Shown here piece by piece: positions 1 through 7,658 of a stretch of 24,000 nt of DNA. The notes beneath the pieces are model-generated. The model made no database searches. It was not told the DNA's origin and was given only the letters and a program-made list of their open reading frames with translations. The stretch lies in the NCBI RefSeq assembly GCF_031987975.1, contig NZ_DALZYX010000001.1:602010-626009 (forward strand). The letters are read 5' to 3'. Source of the stretch: Pseudescherichia sp. Its GTDB lineage: Bacteria > Pseudomonadota > Gammaproteobacteria > Enterobacterales > Enterobacteriaceae. Position 1 is the stretch's first letter. Each line of letters starts with the position of its first letter. The position numbers and the translations under genes are program-made.

Positions 1-18
1 TAACGTTCCTGGCTAAGA

Positions 19-2106
19 TCAGCCCAGGATTTTTCGGACGTGAGTTTCATACAGTTTTGCTTCCTTTTGGGCGGCCGCCAGTTTCTTAATAGCGAGCGTT
101 AACGCGCTGCGATTTGCCAGAGCATCCGTTTCGCCAAACATTTGCTTCAGGTTGTATGCAATATGCTCGCGCAGCTCACCAATCCTATCCTGATAATTGC
201 CGATTACGGTTTGTTCGTTATGGAACGACAGCTCTTCCATCCCACGACGAATGTAGTAAATCTGCGCTTTATCGCTGTCACGAATCACCCCCGTGAGTTG
301 ATAGATGCCATAGGCCACGCTAGCAACCAGCGCTGCTTTACCTATAAGCGCCAGCGGAGTGAATCCCCCCTCGCTATTTGGCGTACTTTTACCGTCTACC
401 GTTCCATCTGCCGCATCAGCACCCAAAAAGGCCATCATCGCTGTTTTTATAGGGTGATATTGCTCGCTGCTGGAAAATAGCGCATCAAAAATTTGTTTAG
501 GTTGGATCTCTTCTGCCAATTGCGTTGTACAGGCTGGGTCGAACTGGATGGCCAGTTTAGTGCGAGCGCTCTCCAGCATCAGCGCAGGCATAATCTCTAG
601 CGCCGCGGTGAGATTTTTAGGTGGCGCAATCTGATGCTCTTTGCCCGGTTTTTTAAGCAGCGTGCGCACGCCCGTTATCAGCTCAGGCTCCATTGGCAAA
701 TACTGTGTTTGCTTATCCTGAACGAGGTACCCCATTCTCCCGGCTGCGGTGGTCGGCAATAGCTGCTGGTCTTCAACGATAGGCAACAGCCCCTGAGCAC
801 GCAGCGCCCGGGTATTCACAGACGTGAGTGCCTTAAAGTTGTGCTCATGGATGCTAACGTCGCTATACGATCTGTTCCAGGCATCGATGATACGTTGGCT
901 ACGTTCGTCATCCACTTCCAGACCTCTGAAAGAGAGACGGCGGGCCAAAATTTTAAGGTTATTTTGAAAGCCGACCTCTTCGCTTTTATAGCTCTCTTCA
1001 CAATACTTAAGTGCATCGGTGAAGTGCTGGCGAGTCTGCTTTTTGATCGCGGCGCGTAATTTTTGCTCATAAGCCGCGGCGGATTCGTCAAAGCTGTCGA
1101 GGATCTCATCCACTATAGACTCGCGATGCTGCTGCTTCTCCGCCAAGAGTTTCAAATTATCGATAATTTCGACGACATTTTCGTGAATAAGCTTCATGAA
1201 ATTATCCAGCGCAATCGCTTCAGATGCGGCGCTGTTGGTAAGCTTACTGGTCACAGTGGCACGCAGTGCATCCACCCAGATATCACTGTTACCAGAACCT
1301 GTCGCTACGATATCCTCTTTTTTCATCCCCGCATTGGGGAAAACACGCTCAGCGGCACTGGTTTTGAGCTGGTCGATTTCATGCTCAGTGAGCAACTCTG
1401 TCTTGCTGATGACCACTACCGGGCCGCGTTCACTGAAGTTATCTCGTAAATCTTGCAGCACGCCAGATTTGCTGTCATTTGCTAATAGCGAGGCGTCGGT
1501 CACGAATATGACGCCACGAGCGTTAACCAGTACGTGGCGCATCATATCTTGCCAGAGATAGTTTTTACTGGTCGTTAATTCATAGCCCGGCAGCAGCGCC
1601 CAGGTGATTTGTTCATCGATGAAGGAACTTTTTCTGCTGATCAGCAGCTTAGGATAGAGCAGCTTAAAGCCTGCTTTTTCATAATGACGAATGCTGTTCC
1701 AGTCGCGAAGCAGACTCTGAAGCTGCTCTCCACCTTCGCCTTTTTGCGACTCCATTTCACCTGTTTCAAGATTGAGACACTGATAGATCACCTGCGGGAA
1801 GTCGGCGGGATCGCCATCCACCTGTTCGATAAAAAGCGGCACTTGTTCGCCACGACCCGGATTGGGGTCTAACCACTCATCATCAATACCGAGAATCTCT
1901 TTCGCCAGGGTAGTTTTGCCCGCCCCCTGCATACCGGCGATGGCGTAGATGGACTCCTGCTGTAGAAGTATCGTCAACTCAACCTGACGCAAAATATCAG
2001 TGATGTAATCGATATTTTCTTTTTTTTCATTGTTTTCAACAGAGAGTGTCAACGCAGTCAGTAGCGCACCACGAAGATTATGCAAGGTGTTGATATTAAT
2101 TGACAT
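19..2106 (-). CDS. Dynamin-like (BDLP / LeoA / CrfC-type) large P-loop GTPase; accessory gene
   Basis: Long uninterrupted ORF. The track gives 19..2142 from a GTG; I prefer the ATG at 2106 (MSININ...). Motifs read from the translation lie at dynamin-like spacing. G1/P-loop is GMQGAGKTT (nt 1909-1935). The G3 position reads LLPGY (1582-1596) and is followed by the strand GVIFVTD. The G4 position reads VVVISKTE (1396-1407). About 450 aa of Glu/Lys/Gln-rich, presumably helical, sequence follows, plus one hydrophobic stretch FTPLALIGKAALVASVAYGIYQL (nt 289-366). The block LLPGYE...GVIFVTD...VVVISKTE is collinear with what I recall of E. coli CrfC (LLDTPGPNE...AVLAVLDYT...YVLVNKFD). K-12 has yecA at this position. 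Confidence 0.7.
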   Translation of the reverse strand: MSININTLHNLRGALLTALTLSVENNEKKENIDYITDILRQVELTILLQQESIYAIAGMQGAGKTTLAKEILGIDDEWLDPNPGRGEQVPLFIEQVDGDPADFPQVIYQCLNLETGEMESQKGEGGEQLQSLLRDWNSIRHYEKAGFKLLYPKLLISRKSSFIDEQITWALLPGYELTTSKNYLWQDMMRHVLVNARGVIFVTDASLLANDSKSGVLQDLRDNFSERGPVVVISKTELLTEHEIDQLKTSAAERVFPNAGMKKEDIVATGSGNSDIWVDALRATVTSKLTNSAASEAIALDNFMKLIHENVVEIIDNLKLLAEKQQHRESIVDEILDSFDESAAAYEQKLRAAIKKQTRQHFTDALKYCEESYKSEEVGFQNNLKILARRLSFRGLEVDDERSQRIIDAWNRSYSDVSIHEHNFKALTSVNTRALRAQGLLPIVEDQQLLPTTAAGRMGYLVQDKQTQYLPMEPELITGVRTLLKKPGKEHQIAPPKNLTAALEIMPALMLESARTKLAIQFDPACTTQLAEEIQPKQIFDALFSSSEQYHPIKTAMMAFLGADAADGTVDGKSTPNSEGGFTPLALIGKAALVASVAYGIYQLTGVIRDSDKAQIYYIRRGMEELSFHNEQTVIGNYQDRIGELREHIAYNLKQMFGETDALANRSALTLAIKKLAAAQKEAKLYETHVRKILG

Positions 2107-2344
2107 GAGGAGGTCTTCCCGATGGTTAGTATGCCCTATCACGACACGCTTTCATTTCGACCCTCCCTGGCATCTCGCTGGGTCATCAACCCATTGCAGT
2201 TAGCCTGCCCGACATCAGAAATTTACCTTAAGGAACAGTATGATAAGAAGAAAATCGTGATAGGTTCCGGCGCTAATAATGCCATGAAATTGATATTAAT
2301 AGGAATGTGGTATGACTATTAAAAACAGTAGGTAAATCGCAGGC

Positions 2345-2370
2345 ACAAAAAAACCACCCGGAGGTGGTTT
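2345..2370 (-). terminator. Rho-independent terminator of the glyW-cysT-leuZ tRNA operon
   Basis: On the minus strand AAACCACC-tccg-GGTGGTTT is followed by a T-run (TTTTGTG), about 40 nt after the tRNA-Leu 3' end. Confidence 0.8.
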
Positions 2371-2411
2371 GACGACACTGCTTATTGCTTTGATTATTCT
2401 TGTCTTTCCCA

Positions 2412-2498
2412 TGGTACCCGGAGCGGGACTTGAACCCGCACAGCCTTACAGCCGAGGGATTTTAAATCCCTTGTGTCTACCGATTTCACCATCCGGGC
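2412..2498 (-). tRNA. leuZ: tRNA-Leu (anticodon UAA)
   Basis: The minus strand reads GCCCGGATGGTGAAATCGGTAGACACAAGGGATTTAAAATCCCTCGGCTGTAAGGCTGTGCGGGTTCAAGTCCCGCTCCGGGTACCA. It is 87 nt with a long variable arm, anticodon loop TTTAAAA and an encoded CCA. It is near-identical to E. coli leuZ as I recall it. Confidence 0.95.
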
Positions 2499-2510
2499 TC
2501 GGGAGGAAAG

Positions 2511-2584
2511 TGGAGGCGCGTTCCGGAGTCGAACCGGACTAGACGGATTTGCAATCCGCTACATAACCGCTTTGCTAACGCGCC
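2511..2584 (-). tRNA. cysT: tRNA-Cys (anticodon GCA)
   Basis: The minus strand reads GGCGCGTTAGCAAAGCGGTTATGTAGCGGATTGCAAATCCGTCTAGTCCGGTTCGACTCCGGAACGCGCCTCCA. It is 74 nt with anticodon loop TTGCAAA. Confidence 0.95.
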
Positions 2585-2648
2585 TTAAATCTTTGTCTTT
2601 CGACCTGCACCCGCACTATGCATTGTCACAGTACCGATGCTTTAAATT

Positions 2649-2724
<76 letters not shown>

Positions 2725-2796
2725 TTATCAGGCGATTATGCTAATCACTTGATTTTACTCTCATCTGGCAAGCTGTGCCGCCGTCTGATGCGATGC

Positions 2797-2824
2797 ATTC
2801 TACTTACCTGACGCACTGAGTCAA
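2797..2824 (-). promoter_or_regulatory. Putative sigma70 promoter of the glyW-cysT-leuZ operon
   Basis: The minus strand has TTGACT (2819-2824), a 16-nt spacer and TAGAAT (2797-2802). An A/T-rich UP-like tract (GGTTTTAAAAAATATCG) precedes it. It lies about 70 nt upstream of the tRNA-Gly 5' end. Confidence 0.55.
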
Positions 2825-2873
2825 CGATATTTTTTAAAACCAGGAGCGTTTGCTGAAAATTAAGCCGAAACGA

Positions 2874-3422
2874 TCACTGTTCCAGCAGATCGCCCCGCGC
2901 CGCGTTTAAATACTGGAACATGGACCACAGGGTCAGCACCGCAGCAACCCACAACAGGCCAATTCCCGCCCACTCTACCCAGGCGTTTGGCCGCCAAAGC
3001 ATCCATACCAGCGAAGTCATCTGCGCGGTGGTTTTCACTTTTCCAATCCATGATACCGCCACGCTGCTGCGCTTGCCCAGCTCCGCCATCCACTCACGCA
3101 GGGCGGAGATGATGATCTCACGAGCGATCATGGTGGCGGCAGGCAGCGTGACCCACCAGGTGTGGTAGTGTTCGGCCACCAGCACCATGGCGATGGCCAC
3201 CATCACCTTATCCGCCACCGGGTCGAGGAATGCCCCGAAACGGGTGCTCTGGTTCCAGCGGCGGGCCAGATAACCATCAAACCAGTCGGTTACCGCAGCA
3301 ACGAGAAAAATCAGTGCACATGCGAAAGGAGCCCAGACCACCGGCAGATAAAACGCCACCACAAAGAACGGGATCAGGATGACACGAAAAAGCGTGAGCA
3401 ACGTTGGGATATTGTATCGCAT
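2874..3422 (-). CDS. pgsA: CDP-diacylglycerol--glycerol-3-phosphate 3-phosphatidyltransferase (phosphatidylglycerophosphate synthase)
   Basis: 182 aa, [20 protein letters not shown]...[27 protein letters not shown] (CDP-alcohol phosphatidyltransferase motif). Full-length near-identity to E. coli PgsA as recalled. Conserved synteny next to glyW and uvrC. Confidence 0.96.
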   Translation of the reverse strand: MRYNIPTLLTLFRVILIPFFVVAFYLPVVWAPFACALIFLVAAVTDWFDGYLARRWNQSTRFGAFLDPVADKVMVAIAMVLVAEHYHTWWVTLPAATMIAREIIISALREWMAELGKRSSVAVSWIGKVKTTAQMTSLVWMLWRPNAWVEWAGIGLLWVAAVLTLWSMFQYLNAARGDLLEQ

Positions 3423-3479
3423 AGTGGCAGGTAACTGTCTGTTGTCAGTAAAAATTAGCCCTATGTTGCTACAGAGCCT

Positions 3480-5312
3480 TCAATGTTTCAACGAGTAGAA
3501 GATCTTTTCTGCCAGCCCCTGCGAAATACCCGGCACTTTTGCGATGTCCTCAACGCTGGCGTTGAGCAAACCCTGCAATCCACCCATGTATTTCAGCAGC
3601 ATCTGGCGGCGCTTCGGTCCGACCCCTTCAATGGTCTCCAGCGTACTGGTATTTTTGACCTTGGCGCGTTTTTTACGGTGCCCGCTAATAGCGTGATTGT
3701 GGGACTCGTCGCGAATATGCTGGATCACATGCAGCGCCGGTGAGTCCGGCGGCAGATTAAAACCCTCGCCTTCCGGTTCGAAAAACAGCGTCTCCAGCCC
3801 CGCCTTACGATCGGTGCCCTTCGCCACCCCTAGCAGCAGCGGATGGTGCTTATCCCAGGAAACATCCAGCTCGGCAAAGACCGCCTTCGCCTGACCCAAC
3901 TGCCCCTTGCCGCCGTCGATCAAGATCACGTCCGGCACCTTACTCTCTTCAATGTCTTTACCGTAGCGACGGCGAAGCACCTGATTCATCGCCGCATAGT
4001 CATCGCCTGGGGTAATACCGGTAATATTGTACCGGCGGTACTCCGCACGCAACGGCCCGTTGGCGTCAAACACTACGCAGGAGGCTACTGTCTGTTCGCC
4101 CATGGTATGGCTGATGTCAAAACACTCCATACGCCTCACCGCCGGCAGCTTCAGCAGCGTAGCCAGTGCTACCAGACGCTGGCTCACCGTTGACTGCTGG
4201 GAGAGCTTAGTGCTGAGCGCCGTCGCGGCATTGGTGCGAGCCAGCTTCAGGTAGCGCGCCCGGTCACCGCGCGGTTTGGTCTGCACGTTGACGCGGCGGC
4301 CCGCCAGCTCGGAGAGAGAATCTGCGAGCAGGGTTTTGTCGCTCAGATCGAAGTCGAGCAGGATCTCCCCTGGCAGGGTGCGCATTTGGCTGCCCTGCAG
4401 GTAGAACTGACCGACAAAGGTCTCTACCACTTCACCAAGCTCGGTACCACCGGGCACTTTCGGGAAGTAGCTGCGGCTGCCCAGCACCTTGCCCTGGCGG
4501 ATAAACAGCACGTGCACGCAGGCCATCCCGGCATCGAACGAGACGCCAATGACGTCTAAATCGTCCCCGGTGTTAGAGACAAACTGCTTCTCCGTCACGC
4601 GGCGCACGGCCTGAATCTGATCGCGAATACGCGCCGCCTCTTCAAAGTCCAGATCGCGGCTGGCCTTCTCCATCCGTTCGATCAGCAGGTTCAGGACCTG
4701 ATCGTCCTTGCCCGCCAGGAACAGGCGGACGTAGTTTACCTGCTGGGCATACTCCTCTTCGCTTACCAGCCCCTCGACGCAAGGCCCAAGGCAGCGGCCA
4801 ATCTGATATTGCAGACAGGGGCGGGAGCGGTTGCGGTAGACGCTGTTTTCACACTGGCGAATAGGGAAGATCTTCTGCAGCAGCGCCAGCGTCTCCCGTA
4901 CCGCGTAGCCGTTAGGGAACGGCCCGAAGTACTCCCCTTTCGCATGCTTAGCGCCTCGGTGCGTCGCCAGACGCGGATGGGTATCGCCGCTAAGAAAAAT
5001 GAACGGGTAAGACTTATCGTCGCGCAGCAGCACGTTGTACCGGGGCTGGTACAGCTTGATATAGTTGTGCTCAAGCAGCAGCGCTTCCGTCTCCGTATGG
5101 GTTACCGTCACGTCGATCTGCTGAATCTGGGACACCAGCGCTTCGGTTTTTCGTGAGGCAAGGTTGCTACGGAAGTAGCTGGACAGGCGCTTCTTGAGAT
5201 CTTTGGCTTTACCGACGTAGATAACAGTACCGCCGGCGTCATACATGCGGTAGACACCGGGTTTACTGGTAACCGTACTCAGAAAGGCTTTTGAATCAAA
5301 AACATCACTCAC
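3480..5312 (-). CDS. uvrC: Excinuclease ABC subunit C
   Basis: 610 aa with a GTG start overlapping the uvrY stop (GTGA). N-terminal GIY-YIG ([29 protein letters not shown]) and C-terminal (HhH)2. Near-identical to E. coli UvrC along its length. Confidence 0.97.
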   Translation of the reverse strand: MSDVFDSKAFLSTVTSKPGVYRMYDAGGTVIYVGKAKDLKKRLSSYFRSNLASRKTEALVSQIQQIDVTVTHTETEALLLEHNYIKLYQPRYNVLLRDDKSYPFIFLSGDTHPRLATHRGAKHAKGEYFGPFPNGYAVRETLALLQKIFPIRQCENSVYRNRSRPCLQYQIGRCLGPCVEGLVSEEEYAQQVNYVRLFLAGKDDQVLNLLIERMEKASRDLDFEEAARIRDQIQAVRRVTEKQFVSNTGDDLDVIGVSFDAGMACVHVLFIRQGKVLGSRSYFPKVPGGTELGEVVETFVGQFYLQGSQMRTLPGEILLDFDLSDKTLLADSLSELAGRRVNVQTKPRGDRARYLKLARTNAATALSTKLSQQSTVSQRLVALATLLKLPAVRRMECFDISHTMGEQTVASCVVFDANGPLRAEYRRYNITGITPGDDYAAMNQVLRRRYGKDIEESKVPDVILIDGGKGQLGQAKAVFAELDVSWDKHHPLLLGVAKGTDRKAGLETLFFEPEGEGFNLPPDSPALHVIQHIRDESHNHAISGHRKKRAKVKNTSTLETIEGVGPKRRQMLLKYMGGLQGLLNASVEDIAKVPGISQGLAEKIFYSLKH

Positions 5313-5965
5313 TGACTTGTTAACGTCTCCGCATTACACAGACCATGACGAATGGCCAGGTGGGTCAGCTCTACGTCGCCGTGAATGTTCAGTTTACTGA
5401 ACATGCGATAGCGATAGCTGTTCACCGTCTTCGGGCTGAGATTCAACTGCTCGGAAATCTCATTCACCTTTTGGCCTTTGGTTATCATCAGCATAATCTG
5501 CAATTCGCGTTCAGACAAACTGGCAAAGGGAGATTCGGTTTTCTCTGGCTCAATCTGGCTGAGCGCCATCTGCTGGGCAATGTCTGAGGCAATATAACGC
5601 TGGCCGGCATAAACGGCGCGAATAGCGTTTACCATCTCTTTCGGGGCGGCCCCCTTGCTGAGATAGCCTGAGGCACCTGCCTGCATCACTTTGGCAGGCA
5701 GCGGATTTTCAGTGTGGACGGTCAGCATAATCACTCTGGTATCAGCCATGGATCGCGCAATTTTACGCGTTGCCTCCAGGCCACCAATACCGGGCATGTT
5801 CATATCCATCAGCACCACATCCACAGGATGGGCGCGGCACCATTTTACGGCATCTTCGCCGCAACAGACCTCGCCGGAAACTTTTATGCCTTTAATATCT
5901 TCCAGAATGCGTCGTATCCCTGCGCGCACCAGCTCGTGGTCATCAACAAGAAGAACGTTGATCAA
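5309..5965 (-). CDS. uvrY: Response regulator UvrY (BarA/UvrY two-component system, LuxR/FixJ family)
   Basis: 218 aa, [29 protein letters not shown]... Receiver domain plus C-terminal LuxR-type HTH ([43 protein letters not shown]). Operon arrangement with uvrC as in E. coli. Confidence 0.96.
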   Translation of the reverse strand: MINVLLVDDHELVRAGIRRILEDIKGIKVSGEVCCGEDAVKWCRAHPVDVVLMDMNMPGIGGLEATRKIARSMADTRVIMLTVHTENPLPAKVMQAGASGYLSKGAAPKEMVNAIRAVYAGQRYIASDIAQQMALSQIEPEKTESPFASLSERELQIMLMITKGQKVNEISEQLNLSPKTVNSYRYRMFSKLNIHGDVELTHLAIRHGLCNAETLTSQ

Positions 5966-6420
5966 AGCAAATCTCCAAAAAGGGATAACGCGACTGACAG
6001 TAAAGTCGCTCTATATTAGCGTTATTTTGGCAAAAACTAAAAGATTAATTGCAATGTGTACGATTTCGTTCGCAATTCTGGAAATAAAGCTGTACAAAAC
6101 GTGGAAAGAACCCCGTCTCGCTTGCCTTTAAAACAGGTGTTTTAAATACCATTTTTCAGGCGGTTATCGGCATAAATATTATTTCACTGCTGTAAGCAGG
6201 CCATTTTTCTTTGTAACAATAATTAACGCCTTTTATACCTCTTTTAAACATATACTCGACGTTATAAATTAGAGCAAATCGTAATAACAACCTATTTACG
6301 TGTAGAGTTGTATGGTGAACAAAAAACAAGCAGTGCTATTTTCTGCAGAGCTTGTGCTATACTCCGCCGCCTTCACATTCATGGGCGCATACAGGCGCTG
6401 TAACCTATCGAGGAAAATAG

Positions 6421-6645
6421 ATGAGCACTCCTGACTTCTCTACTGCGGAAAACAACCAACAACTGGCTCAGGAGGTCTCCTGCCTGAAAGCGATGGTCAC
6501 CCTGATGCTGCAGGCACTGGGCCAGGCGGACGCGGGCCGAATTATTCTGAAAATGGAGCGGCAGATCGCCCAGATGGAAGACGAGGCGCAGGCTGATGTG
6601 TTCGCCAATACGGTTAAGCAGATTAAACAAGCCTACCGTCAGTGA
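6421..6645 (+). CDS. yecF: DUF2594 family small protein YecF
   Basis: 74 aa, [25 protein letters not shown]...[10 protein letters not shown]. Matches E. coli YecF end to end as recalled. SD-like GAGGAAAA lies 5 nt before the ATG. Confidence 0.9.
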   Translation: MSTPDFSTAENNQQLAQEVSCLKAMVTLMLQALGQADAGRIILKMERQIAQMEDEAQADVFANTVKQIKQAYRQ

Positions 6646-6650
6646 GCGTG

Positions 6651-6675
6651 ACCGGCTGGCAGAGTGTCAGCCGGT
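6651..6675. terminator. Hairpin between convergent yecF and sdiA (probable bidirectional terminator)
   Basis: ACCGGCTG (6651-6658) and CAGCCGGT (6668-6675) form an 8-bp stem with a 9-nt loop. There is no clear U-tract on either strand. Confidence 0.45.
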
Positions 6676-6707
6676 AATGCGTTCGGCACGCGAAACGCAG
6701 GCAGCGT

Positions 6708-7430
6708 TCATATAAATCCGGTCGCCGCCGCGTAGCACGCAATCTGCGTTTTATTCGGTGCGTTGAACTTCTTCTGCATGTTTTTCTGGTGAAAATTCAC
6801 CGTATTTTCTGAAATCGACAGAATCATGGCGATCTCCGCCGAGGTCTTTCCTTCCGCCGTCCACTTCAAAATTTCGCACTCGCGCTTGCTGAACTTCATC
6901 TCCGGCGACATCACGATCTCATTCTCAAGACGTGAGAGCGTTATCAGGCTCAACTGCACCAGCAGTTGTAAAGAGAGTTCAACCTCATCAGCACTCAGGC
7001 TTTTGCCATGTACGACGGTTTTTGATACCGACAGAAAACCGTTGGCACGGTTAGGCAGCATCAGACACTGGGTATACCCCTTACGAAGCCCATGGTCGCG
7101 GGCGCCATCCCACAGCGGCTGCGCATCCTGAAACAGGCGGTCGCTCCAGGGCAGATGGCCCTGCATAAAATTCTCCGCCTTGAGCACCGGGTCAATCGCA
7201 AAGTAATTTTCTGCATAGTAGTGGTTTATCCAGTCTTCCGGATAGGATGTTTGAAGGAAAATTTTGGGTCGCGTGAACGGCACCGGATGGCGCACACACA
7301 GCGAGTAGTAGTCAAATTCTAGCCGCTGCGTCTGATGTTCCAGCTCTTTATAAACCTCATCTGCTGTCGTCATCTCATTAAAACGCCGCAGCAGCTCCCT
7401 TCGCCATGTGAAAAAATCAATCTCCTGCAT
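6708..7430 (-). CDS. sdiA: LuxR-solo acyl-homoserine-lactone receptor / transcriptional regulator SdiA
   Basis: 240 aa from MQEIDFFTWRRELLRRF. The track ORF extends 19 codons further upstream to 7487; I reject that extension by alignment with E. coli SdiA (MQDKDFFSWRR...). The C-terminal HTH EILKWTAEGKTSAEIAMILSISENTVNFHQKNMQKKF is conserved. Confidence 0.95.
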   Translation of the reverse strand: MQEIDFFTWRRELLRRFNEMTTADEVYKELEHQTQRLEFDYYSLCVRHPVPFTRPKIFLQTSYPEDWINHYYAENYFAIDPVLKAENFMQGHLPWSDRLFQDAQPLWDGARDHGLRKGYTQCLMLPNRANGFLSVSKTVVHGKSLSADEVELSLQLLVQLSLITLSRLENEIVMSPEMKFSKRECEILKWTAEGKTSAEIAMILSISENTVNFHQKNMQKKFNAPNKTQIACYAAATGFI

Positions 7431-7658
7431 ACTGACCGCTAAAACCCCGTTCGTTATATATTTATTATGAATGTATAAAACTATCACATAAATCTTATTT
7501 ATAGATCCAAATTATCCCACTCCGGGGAAATTAACTGAACTTATATGCCAACCGAATGAAGATAAACGGAAGAAATGGCGGATCGTTAGCAGGGCGTTTT
7601 AACTGATGTGCCGCAGCGCCCACCGCAGGGTAAAGCCGGTGAGCGCATTAGCAGAGCG

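Noticed and set aside
1-2345. Search by eye for a direct repeat of the tRNA-Leu 3' end (…GGTTCAAGTCCCGCTCCGGGTACCA), or an integrase fragment, that would mark an att-bounded island next to leuZ.
   Set aside because: No copy of the tRNA 3' segment and no integrase-like ORF is visible in the 2.3 kb available. The far boundary, if any, is off-window, so mobile-element status cannot be claimed.
6054-6131. 25-codon ORF (MCTISFAILEIKLYKTWKEPRLACL) in the uvrY-yecF spacer.
   Set aside because: It has no SD and no obvious promoter, and it sits in AT-rich DNA. Nothing distinguishes it from chance.
6164-6171. A perfect sigma28 -10 octamer (GCCGATAA on the minus strand) about 200 nt upstream of uvrY.
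   Set aside because: The sequence 11 nt upstream (GCAGTGAA) has essentially no match to the TAAAGTTT -35 element. An exact 8-mer is expected roughly once by chance in 48 kb of two-strand sequence. It is only worth revisiting if FliA ChIP data exist.
7431-7487. N-terminal extensions offered by the ORF track for sdiA (to 7487), tcyJ/fliY (to 11046), dcyD (to 10102), fliS (TTG at 15318), fliE (to 22198) and yedF (from 19480).
   Set aside because: In each case an internal start with a better SD reproduces the conserved N terminus of the E. coli orthologue. The extensions cross promoter or regulatory DNA or the upstream gene.
7601-7650. A GC-rich stretch with a repeated CCGCAG downstream of tcyN, which I considered as a REP/BIME-like element.
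   Set aside because: It contains only a 6-nt direct repeat. It has no match to the REP palindromic consensus as I recall it and no stable hairpin.
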